Source of the DNA: an uncultured Treponema sp.
GTDB lineage: Bacteria > Spirochaetota > Spirochaetia > Treponematales > Treponemataceae
Assembly: GCA_964560975.1 (NCBI GenBank)
Contig: CAZLNE010000001.1
Location: 5,545-55,929, forward strand
Direction of reading: 5' to 3'
Length of the DNA stretch: 50,385 nucleotides
Part shown: piece by piece, positions 33,994 through 42,687 of the stretch
How the letters are laid out: each line of letters opens with the position of its first letter
How positions within the stretch are numbered: the first letter of the stretch is position 1
The notes under the pieces: model-generated
What the model saw: only the letters and a program-made list of their open reading frames with translations
What the model was told of the DNA's origin: nothing
Database searches by the model: none
Made by a program: the position numbers and the translations under genes

Positions 33994-36564
33994 TTAAAAA
34001 ACAAGTTTAATTACTTCTTCATAAGTGCTTACAGGATGAAAGATAATATTTTTCTTTACAATATCTGGAATATCATCTAAGTCCCGCACATTAGCCTTAG
34101 GAATAATAATCTGTTTAACCTTATTACGTCGGGCAGCAACTGTTTTTTCTCTTAGACCGCCAATAGGAAGAACTTGCCCTGTTAAAGAAAGTTCTCCGGT
34201 CATTGCTAGGGCTTTTTTAATAGGTTTTTTCATGATGAGAGATAGAAGCGCTGTTGCCATGGTAATACCAGCTGATGGACCGTCTTTTGGAGTTGCACCT
34301 TCGGGTACATGAAGATGTATAAAATTTTTTTCAAACCATTTATCGTCTGTTATATTATTCTGCAATACATATTGCTTAATCCAGCTTAACGCAATAGATG
34401 CAGATTCCTTCATTACATCACCTAGCTGTCCTGTTATCTGCATTCCTTCTTTACCCATATTTGTAATAGCTTCAATGATGAGCGTATCTCCGCCCATGCT
34501 AGTCCATGCCAAACCGAGTGCAGTTCCATACGTATCTGCCTTTTTAATTTCATCTTCATTAAACACAGGTTTACCAAGATATTTTTCTATGTTAGTGCTT
34601 TTTAAGGCTGCAGGTTTAGAAATTAAGGTATTAAAATTGGTTTGCAGTTTCTTTTCTTTTTCACTCACCTGTAGTACAGCCTTTTGAGGCTTTACCTTTT
34701 TCTTAGTTTTTTTTGCATCAACATAGGGGGTCTCTACAATTTGAGAAGCTATCTTTTCATTTTCTATACGAATACGTTCTTCTTCTTTTTCAAACTCTAC
34801 ACGTGCCTTTTTTTGCAGTTCATCAATTTCATCGGAAATCTTTGCTGTTTCAGGATTACTAATGAGTTCTGCTGCAAATTTTCTATGAATTTTGTCAAAG
34901 CACTTCTCAAGATTACGTACTCCAGCTTCGCGCGCATAAGAGTTTGTTATGAAAAGAAGTGAAGATTTATCATATGTAATCTGATTTTTCTTTAATCCAT
35001 TTTTCTCCAAGCTCTTTGGAATAAGATACTTCTTAGCAATTTCTATTTTTTCCTGATCTATGTAGCCAGAAAGGGAAATAATTTCTGCCCTATCTAAAAG
35101 CGGTAATGGAATTGAATCCAATGTATTTGCTGTAAGAATAAAGAGAATATTTGATATATCAAAAGGCAGATCTAAGTAATGATCTCTAAAAGTAATATTC
35201 TGTTCAGGATCTAAGACCTCAAGAAGCGCACTTGATGGATCACCCTGCATGCTTATGCCCATCTTATCTACTTCATCAATCATAAAAACAGGAGATTTAG
35301 ATTTAACAATCTTTAGCCCCTGAATAATTTTTCCTGGCATTGCTCCAATATATGTTCTTCTATGACCCTTTATTTCAGCCTCGTCCCGCATGCCGCCGAC
35401 AGAAAAGCGGAAGAAGGGACGATTCATTGAGCGTGCAATTGAACGGCCTACACTGGTCTTACCAACACCAGGAGGTCCTACAAGTAGAATTATTGAGCCT
35501 TTACTGTCCTTTTTAAGTTTTCGAACAGACAGATATTCAATAATGCGCTTTTTTACATCATCAAGTCCATAATGATCAGCATCAAGAATTTTTTGGGCTT
35601 CTGCAATGCTATACTGAATAGGAGTTTCTTCTTTCCAAGGGAGGTTAGCGATAGTTTCAAGGTAGTTTCTAGTAACTATAAATTCACCAGAATTGGGATC
35701 CATGAGAGCAAATTTTTCCAGCTCACTCTCTACGGCTTCTTTAATCTCACCTTCAAAATTAAACCCATTTAATTTATCTGCAAATTTTTGATAATCTGAA
35801 GTCTTTGCATCGGTCGTCATGCCGAGCTCTTCTTTTATAGTTTTTAATTCTTCCTTTAAAAAATACTCACGCTGACTTTTTTCAATTCTTTCATTAAGTT
35901 CTGATTGAATTTTCTTTTGAATTCTAAGCAATTCCTGTTCTTTTTTTATAAAAACAAGTACTGTTTCCATTCTTTGTCTAACATTGAGCATTTCAAGAAC
36001 ACGCTGTTGATCATCACGCTCTATGTTCAAAATAGAAGCAATGAAGTCTGCTATCTTTCCGGGATGATCTATATTTACCATGTTAAGGCGCATTTCTTCA
36101 GAAAACAAAGGATTATTCTCTGAAATCTCCTTCATTTCACTAATTAACGCTCTTGTAAGCGCCTTTATTTCAAAAACATTTTGATCTTCTTCATCCTCAA
36201 GATAATCTACAATTACTGCCATTGGTTCTTTTTCATTTAGAACTTTGCGTATTTTAAATCTTTTAATTGTAGAGATAAAAACATTAACTCCGCCATCAGG
36301 TAAATTTATCTTTTTAATAATTCTTGCAACAGTTCCAACAGAATGAAGATCTGCAACTGCAGGCGAATCAGTCTCGTTTTTCATCATAACAATGCCAATT
36401 AAACCGTCACCATTGTATGATTCCTCGATGGCCTTTGTATCTTCTGGAGAGTTAATCATTAACGGGGTAAATATCCCGGGAAATATGGGTCTTCCCATGA
36501 GGGGAATTAATAAGAGTTTATTTGACAATGTTTGCTCAACTGGTACAATATTAGGCTCAGCCAT
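33994..36564 (-). CDS. lon: ATP-dependent LonA protease with a Lys/Glu-rich insertion before the protease domain
   Basis: LON N-terminal domain, Walker A GPPGVGKTS, and protease motif PKDGPSAGITMATAL. ATG 36564 (MAEPN...) has GGAGG 5 nt upstream. The track's TTG 36576 overlaps that SD. Confidence 0.93.
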   Translation of the reverse strand: MAEPNIVPVEQTLSNKLLLIPLMGRPIFPGIFTPLMINSPEDTKAIEESYNGDGLIGIVMMKNETDSPAVADLHSVGTVARIIKKINLPDGGVNVFISTIKRFKIRKVLNEKEPMAVIVDYLEDEEDQNVFEIKALTRALISEMKEISENNPLFSEEMRLNMVNIDHPGKIADFIASILNIERDDQQRVLEMLNVRQRMETVLVFIKKEQELLRIQKKIQSELNERIEKSQREYFLKEELKTIKEELGMTTDAKTSDYQKFADKLNGFNFEGEIKEAVESELEKFALMDPNSGEFIVTRNYLETIANLPWKEETPIQYSIAEAQKILDADHYGLDDVKKRIIEYLSVRKLKKDSKGSIILLVGPPGVGKTSVGRSIARSMNRPFFRFSVGGMRDEAEIKGHRRTYIGAMPGKIIQGLKIVKSKSPVFMIDEVDKMGISMQGDPSSALLEVLDPEQNITFRDHYLDLPFDISNILFILTANTLDSIPLPLLDRAEIISLSGYIDQEKIEIAKKYLIPKSLEKNGLKKNQITYDKSSLLFITNSYAREAGVRNLEKCFDKIHRKFAAELISNPETAKISDEIDELQKKARVEFEKEEERIRIENEKIASQIVETPYVDAKKTKKKVKPQKAVLQVSEKEKKLQTNFNTLISKPAALKSTNIEKYLGKPVFNEDEIKKADTYGTALGLAWTSMGGDTLIIEAITNMGKEGMQITGQLGDVMKESASIALSWIKQYVLQNNITDDKWFEKNFIHLHVPEGATPKDGPSAGITMATALLSLIMKKPIKKALAMTGELSLTGQVLPIGGLREKTVAARRNKVKQIIIPKANVRDLDDIPDIVKKNIIFHPVSTYEEVIKLVF

Positions 36565-36646
36565 GATGTCCTCCAAGGGTTTTGATATGTCTATAGTATA
36601 AATATGATAAGAAAAGGTGAAAAAAGCAAGGGAATCAAGAGTTTTT

Positions 36647-37549
36647 TTAGAAAATACTACCCGGCCTCATTGTTTCAGCGTTTTTCATACCGCATTCTAA
36701 ACCCTTATACATGGCTTCCTGCATACCGCCACCCATACTTATGATCGAAGCAAATCCTGCCGTAAAAGCATCACCGCAGCCGGTAGTATTTAATACTTTA
36801 TTTGATGAGTTGATAGAATACGATGAAAAACCCGAGGCGTCATGTACTAAAACAGGATTTTCTCCCTGTGTAATAATACAGCTGCATCCATAGGTTTTGT
36901 ACAGCTGGTCAATGCATCTTTTAATTCCTTCCTCTGTTTCATCACAGGAAAAAGTAGTACATAATTCTTGAGCATTTGGTTTAATGGTGAGTAATTTTGC
37001 CTTCTCCTTTAATGGGAGAATGGCATCGAGTGTTTTTTGTAAATCACTACCTCGATAATCTGCAATGACAGGAATATTAGAAAGCAAACAGGTATACACC
37101 ATGGACGGATAAAGCTCATTAGAAAAACCGGAAGCTTTGGAACCGGAAATGACCACACACGAAGGTTTATTTCGAATATGCTTCATGAATGTACGTATAA
37201 TTTTTTTTTCAATAGAATAATCAACGGTAGAGCCTTCCTCTACAAGTTCAGTAACTGCTCCATCAATAATTGTATAGCAAAATCTAATATTGCTCTTTGT
37301 TTTCACATAGTCAAGTTTTATACCGTCTTTGCAGGCTAGATGCTTAAATTGTTTCGAAAATATTCCGCCAAGTTGTGTTACATGTACCACAGGAAAACCC
37401 ATCTGAACTAATACTCTGCTTACATTTATACCCTTTCCTGAAACATCAAGCCGGTGAGACACAGCCCTATGTATTGAATTTTTTTCTACCGGTTTAGAAA
37501 ATAAAAGTGTCTTTTGCAGTACTGGATTTAAGCAAATAGTAAGTATCAT
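36647..37549 (-). CDS. PfkB-family sugar kinase (1-phosphofructokinase/tagatose-6-phosphate kinase-like)
   Basis: FruK-like N-terminus MILTICLNPVLQKTLLF and C-terminal TGCGDAFTAGF motif. A 4-nt ATGA overlap with the upstream kinase stop. Confidence 0.82.
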   Translation of the reverse strand: MILTICLNPVLQKTLLFSKPVEKNSIHRAVSHRLDVSGKGINVSRVLVQMGFPVVHVTQLGGIFSKQFKHLACKDGIKLDYVKTKSNIRFCYTIIDGAVTELVEEGSTVDYSIEKKIIRTFMKHIRNKPSCVVISGSKASGFSNELYPSMVYTCLLSNIPVIADYRGSDLQKTLDAILPLKEKAKLLTIKPNAQELCTTFSCDETEEGIKRCIDQLYKTYGCSCIITQGENPVLVHDASGFSSYSINSSNKVLNTTGCGDAFTAGFASIISMGGGMQEAMYKGLECGMKNAETMRPGSIF

Positions 37550-39105
37550 TTTTTTCTCATGGCAGATGTAATAAACAATTCATCCTGATACCACTCAACC
37601 TTAAGAGAGTATGCTTCAGTGTCATAACCGGATAACGAGGCTCTAACCTTTATGACCGAACCGCTTTTCAGCTCCCCAAAATTCACTGAAGAGAGGTCAA
37701 CCCAGCCCTTGGAAGTTTGCACAGTAAAATTAACCATACTTGTGAGATTATTTCCAGTTATCGCATCATATGCATAGCAGTGAAGAGTCAAATTTCGTAC
37801 CGCATTTTTTAAAAAGTCTAACTGCATATCTACAGCGGTATCTGATACTTGGAATGACTTCCACCATACATATGAACCTGCAACAACTTTCACCCGATAA
37901 TTTCCAGGACGCAGGTACACTGGTTTTATTGTAAGAGCCTGAGAATTTTTATCAGTACTAAAAGATCTCATAGAATTACTTACTTCAGGAATAGTATTGT
38001 TATCATCTTCAAAAAAGAATGCTCTCATAGGAAGATCAGCAGCTGCTCCGGCATTAGAAGGCAGAAAGAGGGTTACATTAATTGGTTTAAACCAAGGTGA
38101 TAAGATAAAACGATGTATGTATCCTTCCTTCCACGCAAAAAAAGAAGCCGCACCTAAGATAATAAGTATAGATACAGCGAGTAATACAGGACCAAGAGAT
38201 CTTCTTGCTTTGAATACAGGCTGTTCATATTTAGGAGTATTAAGATTTTTTTCAAGTTCCTTTCTTATTTCACCGGTATCGTAGCGTAATAAATATTTGT
38301 CGGTAATTTTCAAAACCTGCTGAATATCCTTAAAACGCTTATCAGGGTTTGGCCGTATCATTTTCTTTATTAGTTTTTTGATGACGAGATCGACCCCTGC
38401 CTCAAGCTTTTCTGGCGGAATATACTTTCCTTTTTGTATTTGCATAATAGTTTCTGGAGAGAATTTTCCTGGAAATGGTTTTTTACCGGTTACCATTTCA
38501 TACAGCATTATTCCCATTGCATAAATATCAGCACGTTTATCTACCTTTTTAGTTTCGGAAAACTGTTCAGGGGGCATGTAGGAAGGAGTTCCCAATGTTG
38601 AGCCGTCTTGTGTAAGACTATCGCCGCCTTCTTTTTCCGTTGAAGCAATACCAAAATCTGCAAGTTTTATTTCGCCGTGAGCAGATATCAGAATGTTGCC
38701 GGGTTTTATGTCGCGATGAACAATACCGTTTTCATGGGCATACTGAAGAGCCTTGCATGCATCACGAAAGATGAGCATGGTCGTTTGATTTTTTAATTTT
38801 TCACATTTTTGTATAAGTTTGTCGAGAGACATTCCATCTACATATTCCAAGGCTATATAGTGTGCAGCATCTTCAACAAAATAATCAAACATATGTACAA
38901 TATTAGGGTGCCTTAAATCCAATAGTATTTGAGCTTCGCGTCTAAATCGTTCTCTTAGTTCCGGATTTCCCCGAATGGTTAGTTTCTTAATAATTATGTA
39001 GCGTTTTAAGGTTGGGTGAATTGCCTTGTAAACTGTTCCCATTCCGCCTTTAGCGATTATAGATACAACCCTGTATTTTCCAATTTTCTCAGGTAAATCA
39101 GACAT
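37546..39105 (-). CDS. Hanks-type Ser/Thr protein kinase with one TM helix and a beta-rich extracytoplasmic domain
   Basis: GKGGMGTVYKA, HRDIKPGNILI, DFGIA, TPSYMPPE. TM helix LGPVLLAVSILIILGAASFFAW. The ~200-aa C-terminal domain has PEGA-like strings (LRPGNYRVKVVAGSY, LKSGSVIKVRASLSGYD) and no PASTA repeats. Confidence 0.9.
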   Translation of the reverse strand: MSDLPEKIGKYRVVSIIAKGGMGTVYKAIHPTLKRYIIIKKLTIRGNPELRERFRREAQILLDLRHPNIVHMFDYFVEDAAHYIALEYVDGMSLDKLIQKCEKLKNQTTMLIFRDACKALQYAHENGIVHRDIKPGNILISAHGEIKLADFGIASTEKEGGDSLTQDGSTLGTPSYMPPEQFSETKKVDKRADIYAMGIMLYEMVTGKKPFPGKFSPETIMQIQKGKYIPPEKLEAGVDLVIKKLIKKMIRPNPDKRFKDIQQVLKITDKYLLRYDTGEIRKELEKNLNTPKYEQPVFKARRSLGPVLLAVSILIILGAASFFAWKEGYIHRFILSPWFKPINVTLFLPSNAGAAADLPMRAFFFEDDNNTIPEVSNSMRSFSTDKNSQALTIKPVYLRPGNYRVKVVAGSYVWWKSFQVSDTAVDMQLDFLKNAVRNLTLHCYAYDAITGNNLTSMVNFTVQTSKGWVDLSSVNFGELKSGSVIKVRASLSGYDTEAYSLKVEWYQDELFITSAMRKK

Positions 39106-39997
39106 CTTTGTCTCCTACTGACAATATATTTTTTTCTGGATCAAAAACAGTTCCACTTTCTAAATATACAATATTTTTAAGGTAAGGATTATGAATCTGT
39201 ACAAATTTTCCCTCTGCACGCAATTCAAATAAATTTCGTACGGGCCTGTGACCGGCAAAGTATAATGCATGAGGATCGTTTTTCTGATACTTTTTAAGCA
39301 TTTTTTTAACCGCTTCGCCTGAGACTGTGTTATTTGCAGTCCACGTTAAACCTTCGCAAAGGTCATGTTCTATTCCAGATTTAATTAATTGCTTTTTTGT
39401 GTACGATGCCGCTGGTTCAGCATGACTTGCAAGAAAACCTTTTCCTATTACAAAAAGAGGTAAAAGTTTTTCAAATGCGGCATAAAGGCTGGTTATACCA
39501 GGACCATAAAAGTAAAGCATGAAATCTTTTACAAGCTGTCCTTCAAGAGCAAATTTTGAAAAAGGATGATTTCCACATCCTTCTTCATTCAGTATATTTT
39601 CATGGTTTCCCTTTAAAAAGTGAAAATGTGAAGGGGAAAGTATTTTAAGCCTCATTATTCTCATCATTAACTGGAGGCTTTCTGTCATTTCTTCATGCAG
39701 ATACTCATTTACAACATTTCCTTTCATGTATTCTTCATAGGCGTGAATCCAGCGCTCCCTAGCCCTTGATTCTGCATGCATGCCGTCTCCTAAGCATATG
39801 AGGCGCAATGTTTGCTCCTGTACACGCTCTAATATGGTTTTACCATTCACACGAGAGTTAAGAATACCTGTAAAAAAGTCATTTCGTGCATGAAGGTCTG
39901 GAACTATGACTGTCGGGATCGTATCTGTAAATTCCAGAAGATAACCAGGGCTGCCGTCGTCTATATACTTTCTATAAGATGAATCCTCATTCACCAA
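39098..39997 (-). CDS. PPP-family (calcineurin-like) Ser/Thr phosphatase. The true start is probably upstream of the listed TTG.
   Basis: VPDLHAR (DxH), LGDGMH (GD), LKGNHEN (GNHE), ASHAEP and AGHRP. The frame stays open for 35 more codons up to 40102 (see findings). An 8-nt overlap with the kinase start. Confidence 0.75.
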   Translation of the reverse strand: MVNEDSSYRKYIDDGSPGYLLEFTDTIPTVIVPDLHARNDFFTGILNSRVNGKTILERVQEQTLRLICLGDGMHAESRARERWIHAYEEYMKGNVVNEYLHEEMTESLQLMMRIMRLKILSPSHFHFLKGNHENILNEEGCGNHPFSKFALEGQLVKDFMLYFYGPGITSLYAAFEKLLPLFVIGKGFLASHAEPAASYTKKQLIKSGIEHDLCEGLTWTANNTVSGEAVKKMLKKYQKNDPHALYFAGHRPVRNLFELRAEGKFVQIHNPYLKNIVYLESGTVFDPEKNILSVGDKDV

Positions 39998-40102
39998 AAC
40001 TGATAGTACTTCGTCCAGTACTCCAGATAATTCTTCTTTAGAAGGAACAGTCTGAGGTGTTTCTTGTGTAATAAGATTTGTAGGAATCAGGAGAAATCTC
40101 CT

Positions 40103-40447
40103 TTATGATATTACTAAGTTTACATTACCTATTGTAATTTTATCCTGAGAATTCAACTTAACATATTTATCTTTAGGAATTAGTTTTCCATTTAAAAAAG
40201 TACCATTTGTACTGCCTGCATCTTTAAGGAAATAGGCATCCTTAATTTTTTGAATAATAGCATGGCGTCTGCTTGCAAGCTTGTTATCTATGACTATATC
40301 ATTTTCTGAATCGCGTCCAATCGTTATCTTAGCGACAAGCTTAACCTTGCTATTATTAAACATTAAATATGAAACCTTATCGGTCTCTGTCAATATTTCG
40401 AGTCTCTGCCCTACGGCACTGCTTGTTATAATTGTTTCGTCCTGCAT
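40103..40447 (-). CDS. FHA-domain protein
   Basis: IGRDSENDIVIDNKLASRRHAIIQ...FLKDAGSTNGTFLNGKLI. The track start TTG 40462 lies on top of a TATAAT box. ATG 40447 (MQDETII...) is preferred. Confidence 0.85.
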   Translation of the reverse strand: MQDETIITSSAVGQRLEILTETDKVSYLMFNNSKVKLVAKITIGRDSENDIVIDNKLASRRHAIIQKIKDAYFLKDAGSTNGTFLNGKLIPKDKYVKLNSQDKITIGNVNLVIS

Positions 40448-40453
40448 AGCTAT

Positions 40454-40482
40454 ATTATACAACCCTAAAGAGATAAACGCAA
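40454..40482 (-). promoter_or_regulatory. Putative promoter for the FHA-phosphatase-kinase operon, with leaderless geometry
   Basis: The minus strand reads TTGCGT (40482-40477), a 17-nt spacer, then TATAAT (40459-40454). Exactly 6 nt separate it from ATG 40447, and there is no SD. Confidence 0.45.
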
Positions 40483-40590
40483 CTTAAAATTCATACCCTC
40501 GTAATAAACCTTTTGGATAATTCACTTAGAACATCAATATGACCAATCATAGTTTCTTCTGTAAAAAGAGAAGATACATCTTTACTATTT

Positions 40591-41934
40591 CTATAAGATG
40601 ACGGTGAATTTTGCCCAGCAGTCTTTTTTCCCTTCGGCATAAATCTTTCCCTTGTGTGCTTCAACAATTGTTCGCGCTATTGCCAGCCCAAGTCCAGATC
40701 CGCCGGTTTCCCTGGTTCGCGAACTGTCAGACCGGTAAAATCGTTCAAAAATTTTTTTTAGATCTTTTGGTTCTATTCCTATACCAGTATTATAGACTGA
40801 AAGTATCTTTTTAGAATTATTTGCCTCCAGTTTTATAAGAACTTCATCGCCTGTATTTGAATTTTTAAGTGCATTATCTAGTAAAATAACTAAAAGCTGT
40901 TTAATTCTATGTTCATCACCTTTATAAAGAACACCTTCTGGAATATCAATTTGAAAGACCTTTCCTTGATCAAATAGTAACGTTTCAAAAGGAAGGGCGG
41001 AACTCATTAATGCACGCGACAAATTAAATTCGGCAAATTCATAGAGGTTCTCTTTACTGTCGTATTTTGCAAGAAGCAGCAGATCTTTAACGAGTAAATT
41101 CATTCTTGAAACTTCACTTTTTATATAACCAAGCCAGGTATTCTTTCCTATTTCACCTTCAAGCACATCAAGGTTCGCAGTAATAACAGCAAGAGGCGTT
41201 TTTAGTTCATGACTTGCATCTCCTATAAACTGCTTTTGTTTAGTAAATGCAGTTTTAACTGGTTTTACAGCCAAATGAGAAAAAAAGAACGCAATAATTG
41301 CTCCAGCAATTATGCAAATAAAGTAGATAAGTAAAGAAATTTGCAAAAGTTGAAATCGTAAATTATCCTCTGTTCTTCGGTCTAGAAAAACAAGTATAAA
41401 ACCATAACTTTTCTTTGCAATAAGATACCTAAGACCTTGAAAGTCGCCCGACTGTTTTTTTAATAAAAATACATTGCCTACAAGGCTGACAATTTCAGAC
41501 TCGGTAAAATGAACAGGATACGGTGAAATAATATCATAAATTTCTCCATACTCAGAAATTTTAACCGAAAAGTAATTTCGTACAGATTGAATGTCATAAG
41601 GCATGGAACGGGTTATATTGTAAAGGCTAAAAATGAAACCTGAATCAGGAGGGGGAACTCCTTTCGGGGGATTGACGTTATTATCCGCTTCGTTTTGTGA
41701 AGTACTATCAAGGTCTTGACTTTTTCCCGGCTGAAAGAAAAACTCTCTGGATATACTAAATGAAGCTTTATTCCCATCATTGACCGCAAGGGTTTCGAGG
41801 ATTAATTTTGATTGCCTGCTTTCAAAATTCGAAAGCAAGGTGTTAATAGAAATAAATATTACTGATAACACAAGAGTTACTACGCACATGACTGTAAGGA
41901 TTATTTTTATTTGCAGCCCTTTTATCATTTTCAT
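40591..41934 (-). CDS. Sensor histidine kinase (HisKA + HATPase_c) with an extracytoplasmic sensor region
   Basis: Two TM helices flank a ~150-aa loop. H-box FIGDASHELKTPLAVI, N/G boxes LLDNALKNS and GGSGLGLAIAR. The start is ATG 41934 or TTG 41961. Confidence 0.88.
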   Translation of the reverse strand: MKMIKGLQIKIILTVMCVVTLVLSVIFISINTLLSNFESRQSKLILETLAVNDGNKASFSISREFFFQPGKSQDLDSTSQNEADNNVNPPKGVPPPDSGFIFSLYNITRSMPYDIQSVRNYFSVKISEYGEIYDIISPYPVHFTESEIVSLVGNVFLLKKQSGDFQGLRYLIAKKSYGFILVFLDRRTEDNLRFQLLQISLLIYFICIIAGAIIAFFFSHLAVKPVKTAFTKQKQFIGDASHELKTPLAVITANLDVLEGEIGKNTWLGYIKSEVSRMNLLVKDLLLLAKYDSKENLYEFAEFNLSRALMSSALPFETLLFDQGKVFQIDIPEGVLYKGDEHRIKQLLVILLDNALKNSNTGDEVLIKLEANNSKKILSVYNTGIGIEPKDLKKIFERFYRSDSSRTRETGGSGLGLAIARTIVEAHKGKIYAEGKKDCWAKFTVIL

Positions 41935-41941
41935 TCTATTG

Positions 41942-42607
41942 TTACTCCAAGGAATAGCCAATGCCGCGAGAAGTCTTTATTTCTGTCGTAGCACCAAGAA
42001 ACTGTATTTTCTTTCTTAAAAACGATATATAGACCTCTACATTATTATATTCTGCTTCTGAATCCCCGCCCCAAATTTTATCTATAATTCGTTCTTTAGT
42101 AATAATCTGCCTTGGATTTTGAAAAAGAATTTCCATTATTAAAAACTCTTTTAATGCAAGTTTTACCACATTAGTTCCACTCGAAATTTCAGCTCTTTTT
42201 AGGTGAAGTGATAAATCTCCATATGAAAGAGTACTGTCTATAACTTCACCCTTTCTTCTAAGAAGACTGCGTATGCGTGCTAATAGTTCATCGGTTGAAA
42301 AGGGTTTCGTTACATAGTCATCTGCACCGCAATCAAGTCCGTTAACTTTGTCCTGTATTTCATCTTTTGCTGTTAATAATAACACAGGTATTGAATTATG
42401 ATTACTTCTAATTTTTTTTAACACTTCTATGCCGTTCATCTTTGGAATCATTATATCGAGAATTACCGCATCATAAACACCGCTTTCTATATATGAAAGC
42501 GCACTTACACCATCATACACAGGATCTACGATATATTTATTTTTAGAAAGTATTTCACACAATGCTTGAGAAAGTCTAATTTCATCCTCTACTAACAACA
42601 GCTTCAT
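41942..42607 (-). CDS. OmpR-family response regulator
   Basis: Receiver domain (MKLLLVEDE..., AVILDIMIPKMNG, LLLTAKD) plus a winged-helix output domain (EVYISFLRKKI, SRGIGYSL). Confidence 0.92.
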   Translation of the reverse strand: MKLLLVEDEIRLSQALCEILSKNKYIVDPVYDGVSALSYIESGVYDAVILDIMIPKMNGIEVLKKIRSNHNSIPVLLLTAKDEIQDKVNGLDCGADDYVTKPFSTDELLARIRSLLRRKGEVIDSTLSYGDLSLHLKRAEISSGTNVVKLALKEFLIMEILFQNPRQIITKERIIDKIWGGDSEAEYNNVEVYISFLRKKIQFLGATTEIKTSRGIGYSLE

Positions 42608-42614
42608 ACGCTAT

Positions 42615-42623
42615 AGTATATCA
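42615..42623 (-). promoter_or_regulatory. Putative extended -10 promoter for the two-component operon, with leaderless geometry
   Basis: The minus strand reads TGA-TATACT (42623-42615). It lies 7 nt upstream of ATG 42607, and there is no SD. Confidence 0.4.
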
Positions 42624-42651
42624 TTGTTGCTTAATATTATCTTAAAATTTC

Positions 42652-42680
42652 TGTACAAATTACATATCATGAAGTATACT
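42652..42680 (+). promoter_or_regulatory. Putative promoter for the TGS-kinase gene, with leaderless geometry
   Basis: TGTACA (42652-42657), a 17-nt spacer, then TATACT (42675-42680). It lies 7 nt upstream of ATG 42688, and there is no SD. Confidence 0.4.
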
Positions 42681-42687
42681 ATCTATC

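Noticed and set aside
40539-40601. 20-codon ORF (MTNHSFFCKKRRYIFTISIR) and a weak TCTTCT/AGAAGA hairpin between the histidine kinase and the FHA promoter
   Set aside because: There is no SD. The hairpin has only a 6-bp AT-rich stem with no T-run, and nothing indicates conservation.
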